From Chiloscyllium plagiosum (taxonomy: Eukaryota): a stretch of DNA of 33,570 nt. The stretch spans positions 4,830,396 to 4,863,965 of the forward strand of contig NC_057759.1 in the NCBI RefSeq assembly GCF_004010195.1, given 5' to 3'. Below the pieces are notes generated by a model. It searched no databases, was not told the origin of the DNA, and worked only from the letters and a program-made list of their open reading frames with translations. Of this stretch, positions 10,788-22,369 are shown one piece after another. How positions within the stretch are numbered: position 1 is the stretch's first letter; each line of letters opens with the position of its first letter. Both the position numbers and the translations under genes were made by a program.

Positions 10788-10936
10788 TGTGGATACTGGA
10801 AATTTGTACCAAAAACAAAAGTTGCTGGAGAAACTGAGAGATTTGAAGAAGGGTCACAGGACTCGACAAGTTAACTCTGCTTTCACTCAACATACGCTGC
10901 CAGGCCTGCTTATTTTCTCCAGTAGTTTCCGTTTTG
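10788..10936. mobile_element. Short fold-back Penelope pLTR remnant
   Basis: The ends are inverted (gttgctggagaaa / tttctccagtagt) around a hammerhead-like ttgaagaagggtcacaggactcgacaagtt. Confidence 0.55.
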
Positions 10937-11349
10937 AACAAGTTTCAATGATACGTGTCAAAGCTGCTTAGCTGCCTTCTCCAACACCAGGAAGCGCCAT
11001 AGACCAGGAAGTGAATGATAGCACAAGGTGCACAAATTCATTCATTCTGAAACTGCATAAGACTGGCATCACTGACACTACAGAGCTCTTAATCACGGTC
11101 AGGGCAAAAAAGACAGGGAAACACATTCACTTTCAACACGGACAACGACAGACTAAAGGAAAAGATTGAGATGAATAGGTTAAAGGGTTTTGAGGAATGT
11201 TGCAAACTGGATTATTTTCACCATGGAGTGACGCTCAGCAGAATGAGAACATTAAAGTCGGAGTGTTACCACATCAGAAACCAGAGTAGGTCACTGAATA
11301 CATGGGTGATGGGAGAATTGGTCTAGGTATGAAATGAGGGTCAGGCAGC

Positions 11350-12277
11350 AGAATTGCATTGCAGACATTTCAGCTCAAACCTGAACACTGATGTGATGCT
11401 ACCGACCACAGCAGCAGCAGAAGCAGAATTATATTCAGCCATAACCTTTGACGTTTTGCTCAGGATAATCCCTTATTCTACCATTACCATCAAGCTGATC
11501 TATTGTTCAGTTACGAATGTTGGTGAATGCGCCAGGGTCAGAACCATATGTACCTAAACCTGATGACAATCCGTTAAAGCTACCACACTTGACTGCTTAC
11601 ATTCCAAAGAGCAGGTGCAGTATCTGATAGAGAAGACAAAATGATCCAAAAACCAAAAGATCAGATTGAAGTTTTTCAGGTCTGCCACAACCAGTCATAA
11701 TTGGTGACGAACTATTGAACAACACACTGGAGGAGAGGACTCCACAAATATCCCCATCCTAATCAGCGGTTCTTAACCTACGTATGACTAGCACTGCTGA
11801 CACTACACAGTTCTTACTCGTGGTCGGGGAGCAAAACAGGAGGTTTTCACATTCTCTTCAAGGGTGTAGTATCTGCATCATTCTCATCCAGAAGATTTGA
11901 GTGGGTGATCCATCTCACTCTCGTCAAGATGCCCACAGGATTACAGATGCCTGTCTTCAACCAATTTGGTTTTCTGCAAATGACATCAAGAAACCGCTGA
12001 ACACAACAGATATAACAAAGACAAAGGGCTCTGACACTATTTCTGCGGTAGGATTCAAGACTTGTGCTGTACAACAAACCGTGTCCCTGGTGAAGCTGTT
12101 TCATTTCAGCTCCAAGCCTGACATTTAACTGACAAGTTGGAAAAGTACACAGAGGTGTCCAGTCCCCTGATAATTACTATCGGACCAATTACCACACCCT
12201 CAGTCCCATTACAATAGTCAAATTTATGGAAGATGTTTTTGACAACTGCTGTCAAGCAGCACAGAAATAACTTGCTC
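11350..12277 (+). mobile_element. Decayed LINE (likely same family as 2385-3542), tether to start of RT
   Basis: ITDACLQPIWFSANDIKKPL...KTKGSDTISAVGFKTCA...LVKLF...NYHTLS. A small ~57 bp insert lies at 11764-11820. Confidence 0.65.
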
Positions 12278-12301
12278 TATCTATGATACGTCTCATCTGA
12301 A

Positions 12302-12752
12302 GATGGTGTTGTTGTGAAAATGGCACTGGATTACTATTCAAGATCAGGCTAATGCTCTGGCAACTGGTGGAAGTTAAAAATAATTAATAAAATATCGAGC
12401 TGTAAAATCTTTTGTCAGTAAAAATGTCATGATGCCAATGTCGATTCTAAACACCAATTTCCTTCCCCAATGTACTTTCCGGAAGCAAGTGTCCCGTGCT
12501 TTTCTGTTCTGGCCTAAAAATGATGCCAGGTACACCGACATGTGATAAACTCTTCAATGGTCTCTGAAACGGCCAAGCAATTGCATCAAACCGCTCCGAG
12601 GTCTTCAAGGGTCAAACCACATAGAACACGCAGCAACAGCTTTGGTATCAGCAAAGGGAATCGGAAACGCAGTCCTGTCGACCGTGCAGAGGCCTACTTT
12701 CTGACACCTGAGAGATCATGGCAACGTTTACAGAGCTTTTCCACAGACTGCA
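12302..12752 (+). mobile_element. SacSINE/DeuSINE-like head continuing into LINE endonuclease-start-like sequence
   Basis: cactggattactattc...caggctaatgctctgg head, decayed Deu-like core (ggaagcaagtgtcccgtgct...tggcct...tgtgataaactcttc...ctctgaaacggccaagcaa), then cagtcctgtcgaccgtgcagaggcctactttctgac...ccacagact. Confidence 0.5.
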
Positions 12753-13034
12753 CAGTGACATCGGTAAAGGCATAGGCCATTCAGTCCATTGAACCTTCAC
12801 ATTTCCAGTTCATGACAAAACATCTCCTCAATGTACGTTTTCCACACAACATACGGATCCCTTAATGTGATCGACCATCGGAAAAATATAAGTAGGAATT
12901 GCAGTAGTCTCTTTGATCCATCATTTTTTGCTTCCCATTCAATGCTGTCTGATCCTCATTACTACTCCATAGTCCTGCTCTATTTCTATCCCTTCAGTGT
13001 ATAGAGCTTCAGCATAACCTTGCGATCCTTAAAC

Positions 13035-13880
13035 ATATTCCCCACTGCTCATGAAAGCCAACTTAACGCCTTCTTAACAGTCCAAAAACTTGGGTGGCAA
13101 CTTTGACGGATCTTTGAGGGTGGCACGGTGGTTTCGTGATTAACACTACTGCCTCACAGCACCAGGGACCGGGTTCGATTCCTGCCTCAAGCGACTATCT
13201 GTGTGGAGTTTGCACATTCTCTCTGCTCGTACATGGGTTTCCTCCGGGTGCTCCGGTTTCCTCCTATAACCCAAAGATGTGCAGATCAGGTGAATCAACC
13301 ATGCTAACTTCACATAGTGTTAGATGCATTAGTCAGTGTAAATGCAGGGTAGGGGAATGGGTCTGAGTGTGTTTCTCTTCCGAGGGTCGATGTGGACTCT
13401 TTCCGCCGTAGGGCCTTTTTCCATATTGTAGAGAATCTAATCTACGGACGTGGACCCCAAGATCCTTCTGCTCCTCAACACTGTGAAGAATCCTACATTT
13501 AACCATGTTTTCTGCTTTCAAATTCGACCTTCCAAAATGAATCACTTCACACTTTTCCAGATTGAAATCCATCTGCCGCTCTGTATCGTGTCAATGTCCC
13601 GTTGCAATATCATCCACAACTCCCTCAAACTTCATGCCACCGGCAAATTTACTAACACAACCTTCCACTTATCCAAATCATTTATAAAGATCACAAAGAG
13701 CAGAGGTCCTAGAACAGATCCCTGCAAAACACCACTGGTCAACGAGTTCCAGGCTGAAACTGTCCACCTACCATCGCGCTGTATCTTCTATGAACGAGCT
13801 AATGCTGTATCCAGACAGCTAAATGTCCCTATATCCCGTTCCTCCTTAATTTCTGAATGAGCCTACAATGGGGACACTTG
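13035..13880 (-). mobile_element. CR1 RT fragment interrupted by a SINE
   Basis: MDFNLEKCEVIHFGRSN...EQKDLGVHV and the [16 protein letters not shown] motif on the minus strand. Confidence 0.85.
13118..13444 (+). mobile_element. Full-length HE1/V-SINE-like SINE
   Basis: tRNA head (GGTTCGATTCC B box), V core gtgtggagtttgcacattctc...gggtttcctccgggtgctccggtttcctc, CR1-like 3' end and (aatct)n tail. Confidence 0.9.
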
Positions 13881-13889
13881 CCTTGTTAA

Positions 13890-14800
13890 TATCTTCCTGT
13901 AGCATAAGACCTTTCTCTTCACTACCAATCATCCGATCAATCTTTGTGTGAAACACAAAGCTTACTTATCACTTAGCTTACTTACTACTGATTCGTGTGG
14001 TACACTGCTGCTACATCTCCAGTCACGCAAACAGCCTTCTACCACCACCCTCTGTCTCCTGCTACTAAGACAATTTTGGACATAACTTGCTAAGTCACCT
14101 TTCATACCCCGAAGTTTTATTTCTTTTATCAGTTTCCCCTGTGGGGCTTCCTAAAACGCCTTGTTGAAAAACTACATACATTCGCTCCTTAAAAATAATC
14201 AATCAAATTCATTCGGCATGCTTTCTCTTTGATAGAATCATGCTGATGATCCCTGATCAAACATTGTCCCTCGACATGGGGATGAATTTTCGCCGTCCCT
14301 ATTTTCTCCAATGATTTCCATAACACTGATCTGATACTCTCTGGTCTATAGTTTCCTGCAAAATGGCACCACGTAAGCTGATCTCCAGTCCTCTGGCATC
14401 TCCCTTGGGGACAGATTCCTTTGAAATATTTCAATCAGGGCCTTTCCTCCCTGGTCTCCAACAGCAGCCTAAGATGCAACTTATTCGGACTTTGGTATTT
14501 TTCCAATTTTGTACCAGCCAAAACTTCCAATATTTGCTCATATTTTATATCAATCTGTTCAAGAGCATCACAGTCCACCTTCTCGAATTCTGTGCATGCA
14601 ACCTCTTTCTTTCAAGTAAAACAAATGTAAAGCACTCATGTAACAATATATCAATGTACTCCAGCTACACACATAGATTGCCCCCTTGATTTCCAAAGGG
14701 CCATAATTATTCCCCAGTTATTCTGTTTCGGTTGATGTACTTGTACAATATCCTGGGATTCTCCCTAACCTTGCTTGCTTGTACTTCTCCATGTCCCTGT
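13890..14800 (-). mobile_element. Old CR1 fragments
   Basis: GNYRPESIRSVLWKSLEKI...IRDHQHDSIKEKACRMNLIDYF (RT start) and the upstream tether. Confidence 0.75.
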
Positions 14801-14814
14801 GTTCGTCAGTCCTC

Positions 14815-14982
14815 TCTGTCTGAATTTTCTCAGTTTCACTGCGAATCACGTTGCATGTTTTGAATCACGAGAGAACAAACAGTGAGTTTTCCCATCAATC
14901 CTTCCGTTATTTTTGCATCAATCTGACGGTGGAATTATTTTTAATGCAATGAAAGCATCAGTCAGAAATGTAACGTGTAATT
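14815..14982 (-). pseudogene. 5' part of a C1-like exon, unit B, truncated by CR1
   Basis: Strong acceptor cttcttcgattctctcttattcag| 138 bp after the V donor. Reads LHVTFLTDAFIALK / NSTVRLM / GKLTV across frames. Confidence 0.3.
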
Positions 14983-15120
14983 CTGAATAAGAGAGAATCG
15001 AAGAAGCACATTTGGGATATAATTTGAATCTACTTTAACTATAGTGCGTGAATGAAGTGTGTTTTGCTTCAAGTCTGGTAGTTTTAATAATCCAGTTGCA
15101 TCCAGAACACAATACCTTAC

Positions 15121-15517
15121 ATTTGCTTTTGAAACCAAGACGCGTTGGTGTTTAGACGACATTGTTATAAATTTTGAGAGAGTTTGTTCTGGTTTATAAC
15201 AGTAAGTATATGCAGATACAGACTCAGCTCGGAGGATATAAATGCTATTAATGCCCATTCCTGCTGCATGCAAATGTTCTCACAATTTTAGGGACATTTC
15301 TGTGAGTATTGTTATGCATCCTGATCCCACAATAGAAGAGTTGGCATATTCTCTACATTCACCATTTAAATAATGACAAAATCGCTAATGACTGGTAAGT
15401 ACTGTTCCAATGTCTACACACGTAACATGAGTTGGACTTGTTTCAGAATTTTGCCAAAACATAATATAGAGTTTCGTGCTGGGCAACATTTATTACGTCA
15501 GACAGTTGGGATGATAC
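15121..15517 (-). pseudogene. Decayed Ig V exon, IgSF unit B
   Basis: Acceptor ctctccacag|, donor aat|gtaagg. INVAQ (A strand), THVTC (B), RF[C/W]HY 14 aa later, SIYILRAESVSAYTYCY (E-F; ~73 aa Cys spacing), RVLV (G). One frameshift and two stops. An upstream leader-type donor cag|gtgagg lies at 15720. Confidence 0.5.
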
Positions 15518-15765
15518 CTGTGGAGAGTCGGATCCTCGTGAGATTCTTTTTTTTTAAGTAGTAGCTTCCCCTTCAAGGTGTCCAGTTTTACGTAAATCCC
15601 CGAAGGTCAAACAATACGGACAATGTACTGCGTGAGTGTACAGTTTTAAAAGCATCTACATGACTCTTTGCATGCTTTATGACTCTATGACGTCATGATC
15701 TGGCAAATTTAGGCCCTCACCTGTTGGAACACATAGTTAGTGCCACATTTCTGCATTTTGCCCGG

Positions 15766-16047
15766 AATAGAATCAGAATCCCTACAGTATGGAATCTGGC
15801 CATTTGGCCCAACAAGTCCACACCGACCCTCTGAACAGTATCCCACCCAGACCCATTCCCCTAACTAATGCACCTAGGCTACACATCCCTGAAGACTATG
15901 GGTAATTTAACATGGCCAATTCACCTAACCTGCACACCTTTGTGACAGCAGGAGGAAAGTGGAGCACGCAGAGAAAACCCACGCAAACACAGGGGGAATT
16001 AGCAAACTCCACACTAATAGTTGCCCGAGGCTGGGATCAAACCTGGG
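15766..16047 (-). mobile_element. HE1/V-SINE-like SINE, head cut off by microsatellite
   Basis: The reverse complement carries a B box remnant, the V core and a CR1-like tail (agaatc)n. Confidence 0.85.
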
Positions 16048-16341
16048 CACACACTCTCTCTCTCACGCACACCCTCTCTCTCCCACACACACACACTCTC
16101 TGACACACACATTCACCCTCTCAAACACATTTTCTCTCATACACACATTCTCTCTTTCACACACACATTCTTTCCCTCACACACATTACCTCTCTCTCTC
16201 ACACTCACAAATTCTCTCTCCCTCTCTCTCACACATTCTTTCTCTCACACACTCATTCTCTCACACACACACATTCTCTCGCACACACACATTCTCTCTA
16301 ACACACACATTCTCTCTCACACACACATTCTCTCTCACACA
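16048..16341. repeat. Compound (CA)n/(TC)n microsatellite, ~18 bp unit cacacacattctctctca
   Basis: Direct observation; it runs into the gap. Confidence 0.95.
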
Positions 16342-16662
16342 NNNNNNNNNNNNNNNNNNNNNNNNNNNNNNNNNNNNNNNNNNNNNNNNNNNNNNNNNNN
16401 NNNNNNNNNNNNNNNNNNNNNNNNNNNNNNNNNNNNNNNNNNNNNNNNNNNNNNNNNNNNNNNNNNNNNNNNNNNNNNNNNNNNNNNNNNNNNNNNNNNN
16501 NNNNNNNNNNNNNNNNNNNNNNNNNNNNNNNNNNNNNNNNNNNNNNNNNNNNNNNNNNNNNNNNNNNNNNNNNNNNNNNNNNNNNNNNNNNNNNNNNNNN
16601 NNNNNNNNNNNNNNNNNNNNNNNNNNNNNNNNNNNNNNNNNNNNNNNNNNNNNNNNNNNNNN
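16342..16662. other. Assembly gap (N run)
   Basis: Run of N. Confidence 1.
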
Positions 16663-17040
16663 TAGTGGGGGGTGAATGAGGGCAAACAGGGGAGGGGCAT
16701 AGATTGGGTGGTGATTGAGCGAAAACTGTGGGAGGGCAATAGACTGAGTAGTGATTGATAGAAAACGTTGGGAAGGGGATAGAACGGGGTGACTGAGGGG
16801 AAACAGGCGAGGTGGATAAAGTGGGGGTGATCGAGGGGAAATGGTGTGGGATAGAGTGGGTGTAAAGGGTACGCATTGTGGTGAAGATTGAGAGTAAATT
16901 GGGTGAGCAATAGAATATGAGGAGATTGAGGGAAAACGGGAGAACAGAATGTGGGTGTGATTGATGGGAATCGAGGGAAGGAGATAGAATGGGGGCGATT
17001 GAGGGGAAATGTGGTGAGATAGAGTGGGTAAGAGGTTAGA
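16663..17040 (+). repeat. G/A-rich degenerate minisatellite, ~35-40 bp unit (atagantgggggtgattgaggggaaa...)
   Basis: ATAG/ATAA anchors at about 16699, 16739, 16779, 16816 and 16851, and onward. Confidence 0.8.
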
Positions 17041-17054
17041 GTAAGTTAAAGATT

Positions 17055-20000
17055 AATGGAAAATTAGAGCTAGGACAAACAGAATTGTTTTCTCTGGTTT
17101 GCTGCCCGTGCCACGTGCTAGTGAGGTGAGGAATAGGGAGAGAAAGGATTTGAACACGTGGCTACAGGGATGGTGCAGGAGGGAGGGTTTCGGGTTTGTG
17201 GATAATTGGAGCTATTTCTGGGATAGGTGGGACCTCTACAAGCAGGATGGTCTTCATCTAAACCAGAGGGGTACCGATATCCTCGCTAATGCTATTAAGG
17301 TGGATTGAAACTAAGACAGCAGGGGGATGGGAACCAAAATTGTAGGACAGGTACAGAAGAGAATGAGAGTAGAGAGTTCCAAAATCAAGTATCTGACACT
17401 GGCAAGCGAGAACCTGGTTTGAAGTGCGTGTACGTCAAGGCGAGGAGCATCCGAAATAAAGTGGGTGAACTGGCAGCGGGGTTGGTACCTGGGACTTCGA
17501 TGTTGTGGCAATTACGGAGACATGGATAGAGCAGGGACAGGAATGGCTGTTGCAGGTTCCGGGATTCAGATGTTTCAGTAAGAACAGAGAAGATGGTAAA
17601 AGAGGGGGAGGTGTGGCATTGTTGATCAGGAACAATATTACATGTGTAGAAAAGATGTTTGTGGACTCGTTAACTGAGGTAGTATGGGCTGAGGTTAGAA
17701 ACAGGAAAGGAGAAGTCGCCATGCTGGGAGTTTTCTATAGGCCTTCGAATAGTCCCAGAGATGTAGTGGAAAGGATAGCAAAGAGGATTCTCGATAGGAG
17801 TGAAACAGGCAGGGTAGTTGTCCTGGGGGACTTCAGCCATCCAACTATTGACTGGGTCACTACAATATGAACACTATGGGTGGGTCAGTTTTTGTCCAGT
17901 GTATGCAGGAGGGCTTCCTGACACAGAATGTAGACAGGCCTACAAGGGGCGAAGTCACTTTAGATTTAGTACTGGGTAACGAGCCTGGCCAGGTGTTAGA
18001 TTTGGAAGTAGGTGAGCACTTTGGAGACAGCGATCACAATTCTGTCAGATTTACTTTAGCGATGGAAAGGGATAGGTGTACTCCACCGAGCAGGAGTTAC
18101 AGCTGGCGGAAGGGAAATTACAATGCAATTAGGAAAGATTTAGGAAGCATAGAATGGGGAAAGAAACTGCAGGGGATGAGCACATTAAAAATGTGGAGCT
18201 TATTCAAGGAAAAGCTCCTGTGTGTCCTAGTTAAGTATGTACCTGTCAGGCAGGGAAGAAGATATAGAACACGTGAGCCGTGGTTTACTAGGGAAGTGGA
18301 ATCCCTGGACAAGAAGAAGAAGAAGGCTGATGTTAGAACAAAATGTGAAAACTCAGTTAGGGCCCTTGTGGGTTAAAAGGAAGTCAGGAAAGATCTAAAC
18401 GAGAGCTCAGAAGAGCCAGGAGGAGACATGAGAAGTTGTTGGCGGATAGGATCAGGGTTAACCCTAAGGTTTTCCATAGGAATAAAAGAATGACGAGAGT
18501 TAAATCAGGGTCCATCAAGGATAATAGTGGGAAGTTGTGTGTGGAGTCAGAGGAGATAGGGGAAGCACTAAATAAATATTTTTCGACAGTGTTCACTGTA
18601 AAAAAATGAAAATGTTGGCGAGGAAGATACAGAGATACTTGCATCTAGACTAGAAGAGATTGAGTTTCACAAGGAAGAGGTATTAGAAATACTGCAGAGT
18701 GTGAAAATAGACAAGTTCCCCTGGGGTGGATGGGATCTATCCTAGGATGCTCTGGGAAGCAAGGGAAGAGATTGCCGAGCCTTTGGCATTGATCTTCACA
18801 TCATCATTGTCTACAGGAACAGTGCCTGAGGACTGGAGGACAGCAAATGTGGTTCCCTTGTTCAAAAAGGATAGTGGAGACAACCCTGGTAATTACAGAC
18901 CAGTGAGTCTCACTTCAGTTGTTGGTAAAGTGTTGGATTTATAACCATCTAGAAAAGAATAATCCAATCAGGGACAGTCAGCACGGTTTTGTGAAGGGTA
19001 GGTCGTGCCTAACGAATCTTTTTGAGATTTTTGACAAAGTGACCAAACAGGTAGATGAGAGTAAACCGGTTGATGTGGTGTATATGGATTTCAGCAAGGC
19101 GTTCGATAAAGTTCCCCACAGTAGGCTATTATACAAAATGCTGAGGAATGGGATTGTGGGAGACATAGCAGTTTGGATCAGTAATTAGCTTGCTGAAAGG
19201 AAACAGAGGGTTGTAGTTGATGGAACATGTCCATCTTGGTGTCCAGTTATTAGCGGCATACCGCAAGGGTCGGTGTTGGGTCCACTACTGTTCATTTTTT
19301 TAAATGACCTAGATGAGGGCTTAGAAGGGTGGGTTAGTGAATGTGGGGACGACACTAAGGTTGGTGCAGTTGTGGATAGTGATGAAGGATGTAGTAGGTT
19401 GCAGAGCGACATAAATAGGATGCAGAGCTGGGCTGAGAGGTGGCAAATGGAGTTGAATGTGGACAAGTGTGAGGTGATACACTTCGGTCGGAGTAATCAG
19501 AATGCAAAGTACTGGGCTAATGGTAAGATTCTTGGGAGTGCAAATAAGCAGAGAGATCTCGGTGTCCATGCACACAAAGCCCTGAAAGTTGCCACCCAGA
19601 TTGGCAGGGTTGTTAAGAAGGCATACAGTGTTTTGGCCATTATTAATAGAGGGATTGAGTTCCGGAACCAGGAGGTCATGCTGCAGCTGTACAAAGCTCT
19701 GGTACGGCCTCCTTGGAGTATTGTGTACAGTTCTGGTAATCGTATTATAAGAAGGATGTGGAAGCTTTGGAAAGGGTGCAGAGGAGATTTACTAGGATGT
19801 TGCCTGGTATGGAAGGAATGTCTTACGAGGAAAGACTGAGGGCCTTGAAGCTGTTCTCGTTAAAGAGAAGAAGGTTGAGAGGTGACATAATAGAGACATA
19901 CAAGATAATCAGAGGGTTAGAGAGGGTGGACAGGGAGAGCCTTTTTCCAAGTATGGGGACGACAAACACGAGGGGACACAACTTTTAAAGTGAGGGGAGA

Positions 20001-20226
20001 TAGGTATAAGACAGATGTCAGAGGTAGTTTCTTTACTCAGAGAGTTGTAAGGGTATGGAATGCTTTGCTTGCAACGGTAGTAGATTCGTCAAGTTTAAGT
20101 GCATTTAAGTCGTCATTGGCCAGGCATATGGGCGTACATGGAATAGTGTAGGTGGGATGGGCTTTGGAAATGGTATGACATCGAGGGCCGAAGAGCCTGT
20201 ACTGCACTGTAATGTTCTATGTTCTA
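17055..20226 (+). mobile_element. Near-complete decayed CR1 (HER1-type) LINE: ORF1 esterase end, ORF2 APE + RT, 3' UTR and tail
   Basis: SGLLPVP...DGLHLN (SGNH esterase); AITETW, GGGVALL, GDF, LDLVL, SDH (APE); [40 protein letters not shown] in place of FADD (RT); tail atgttctatgttcta. Many frameshifts. Confidence 0.95.
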
Positions 20227-20297
20227 AAATGGAGGTTGGGGGATACCATGTTGGTGTGATTGAAAGGAATGGTGGATGGTGATGGAATGGAGGTGAT

Positions 20298-20797
20298 NNN
20301 NNNNNNNNNNNNNNNNNNNNNNNNNNNNNNNNNNNNNNNNNNNNNNNNNNNNNNNNNNNNNNNNNNNNNNNNNNNNNNNNNNNNNNNNNNNNNNNNNNNN
20401 NNNNNNNNNNNNNNNNNNNNNNNNNNNNNNNNNNNNNNNNNNNNNNNNNNNNNNNNNNNNNNNNNNNNNNNNNNNNNNNNNNNNNNNNNNNNNNNNNNNN
20501 NNNNNNNNNNNNNNNNNNNNNNNNNNNNNNNNNNNNNNNNNNNNNNNNNNNNNNNNNNNNNNNNNNNNNNNNNNNNNNNNNNNNNNNNNNNNNNNNNNNN
20601 NNNNNNNNNNNNNNNNNNNNNNNNNNNNNNNNNNNNNNNNNNNNNNNNNNNNNNNNNNNNNNNNNNNNNNNNNNNNNNNNNNNNNNNNNNNNNNNNNNNN
20701 NNNNNNNNNNNNNNNNNNNNNNNNNNNNNNNNNNNNNNNNNNNNNNNNNNNNNNNNNNNNNNNNNNNNNNNNNNNNNNNNNNNNNNNNNNNNNNNNN
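20298..20797. other. Assembly gap (N run)
   Basis: Run of N. Confidence 1.
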
Positions 20798-20955
20798 ATA
20801 TTTGATCTTCCAAAGTCCAGCACCTTACCATTTCCCGGATTAAACTCTATCTGCCTTTTCTCCGCCCATTTCTGCAACTGACCTATATCCCGCTTTATCC
20901 TTTGAGAATCCGCCACACGACCTACAACTCCACCATTCTTTATATGATCTGCATT
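20798..20955 (-). mobile_element. CR1 RT fragment
   Basis: ADHIKNGGVV...LQKWAEKRQIEFNP...VLDFGRSN. Confidence 0.8.
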
Positions 20956-21269
20956 TAATAAAGATAAATATAATGTTACAATGAAGGTCAACAAATAAAT
21001 TATGCTGTCAGTTTGAACAAGAGTAAGGGAAGTAGATATTGAGTACAGATATTGAACGAAACTGTTCAGCAGTCAGGAACTGGGAGGGACAGAATTAATC
21101 TTTTGTCACATACATAGACATAACAATTAAATAGTATGAATTACAAATATACATCGATGTCAAAGTCTGACATAGAAAGAATAATTAATGTGTATGTTCG
21201 TATATAAACACACTCTGACTTACAATGAGTTTCAAAAGCATTCACCATCCTGACACAATCTAAATGTTT

Positions 21270-21432
21270 AACATTGCAATAGTAGTAGTCTCGCTAACTT
21301 TAAGAGAATTTAACTGTTCATTGAATAAACATATGGATGATAATAGAATGGTGTTCGTTAGATGGGCTTCAGATTGGTTTCACAGGTCGGTGCAACATCG
21401 AGGGCCGGAGGGCCTGTACTGTGTTGTAATAT
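21270..21432 (+). mobile_element. CR1 3' end fragment
   Basis: ggtcggtgcaacatcgagggccggagggcctgtactgtgttgtaa terminal motif. Confidence 0.8.
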
Positions 21433-21498
21433 TTTAAAACAATCATGCAGCTCCATAGACATTGCAAGTAACAGAAAATGTTACAATCAAAATAATTT

Positions 21499-21600
21499 CT
21501 ACTCAGAGATTCGTTGGCAGAAAGGCCAACAGCACAGAATCACAACTTTTGAATATGCACCAAGCAAAAACAACCAGCTAAAAAGTCTCAACCTATTCAG
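21499..21600 (-). pseudogene. Possible TM segment with internal Lys, unit C
   Basis: Reads LNRLRLFSWLFLLGAYSKVVILCCWPFCQRISE*. Splice boundaries are unclear. Confidence 0.25.
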
Positions 21601-21959
21601 TTAGGATTCCACTTGCATAAATATATTGTGGTGGCAGAGGGGATGCCATCCCCACCTTTATCTCCACATCATTCTGCATTTCTTCATGTTACAGGAGTAG
21701 ACTTGGTATTATCTTTTTCAATCCAACAAGAATTGTTTTTAGATAATTGTGTACCCTTTAAAATTAGGTTTAATTTTCTACAAAAAGCCCCATATTCCTC
21801 CTGATACTCCCTATGATGCATTCCAAAAAAATTTAGAAATCTGCTTGCAACTTTCACAATGCATCAATGAAATTTAATAACGACCCTTCAATGTAGTGGA
21901 GAAAGGCGAAAAAAGCCAAAATTAGTAGCTTTGTAAGACTGCATATTTTGTTTTCAGGC

Positions 21960-22303
21960 AGCGTTGAATAGTGCTGATTGTTCAATAAATTGAATTTGAC
22001 AGGGTAAATACTCTGCACTGCATCACAGTAAATAAAAGGCCTTGTAGCTTTTCGCCTCCCTACTACAGCGCAATACAAGAGTACTGCTAACAATGCATCA
22101 TCACACTACAGAGCAGGGTAATGCCCTGTCTACATCAGACAATAGAAACGAATTAACCAGTTGCATTTTCTATACAAGGAGCATTGTGGTCAGTGAGTTC
22201 TAATGCAGTTGAATTGTTGATTGCCCTTTCACTTAGTTGCAAATAGATTCAGTTTGCACTAATTGTTACTTCAGCAGTATTCAGAAAAATGTATCACTAA
22301 GCA
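21960..22303 (-). pseudogene. Decayed Ig V exon, IgSF unit C
   Basis: Strong acceptor tttttgtttcag|. QLVQTES..VKGQSTI/NC, S[L/W]YRK, SSTLVL, and AGC TAC AAG GCC TTT TAT (t) TAC TGT = S[Y/D]KAFYYC at 22025-22049. 3' boundary approximate. Confidence 0.5.
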
Positions 22304-22369
22304 CTGAAACAAAAACTGATGGCAATCTGAACACCAACACAAGATATAAAGGCCCATTGTATTTCCTAC

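Noticed and set aside
11764..11999. hAT-like TIR pair cagcggttctt / aagaaaccgctg
   Set aside because: The right-hand match is part of the LINE coding sequence (DIKKPL), and there is no 8-bp TSD.
12751..12790. RSS heptamer CACAGTG (also at 24838)
   Set aside because: There is no ACAAAAACC-like nonamer at 12 or 23 bp spacing, and neither site is next to a V-like exon.
15959..16910. Long His/Thr/Ser/Leu-rich ORFs
   Set aside because: They are artifacts of the microsatellite plus the N gap. The ORFs across 20298-20797 are likewise gap artifacts.
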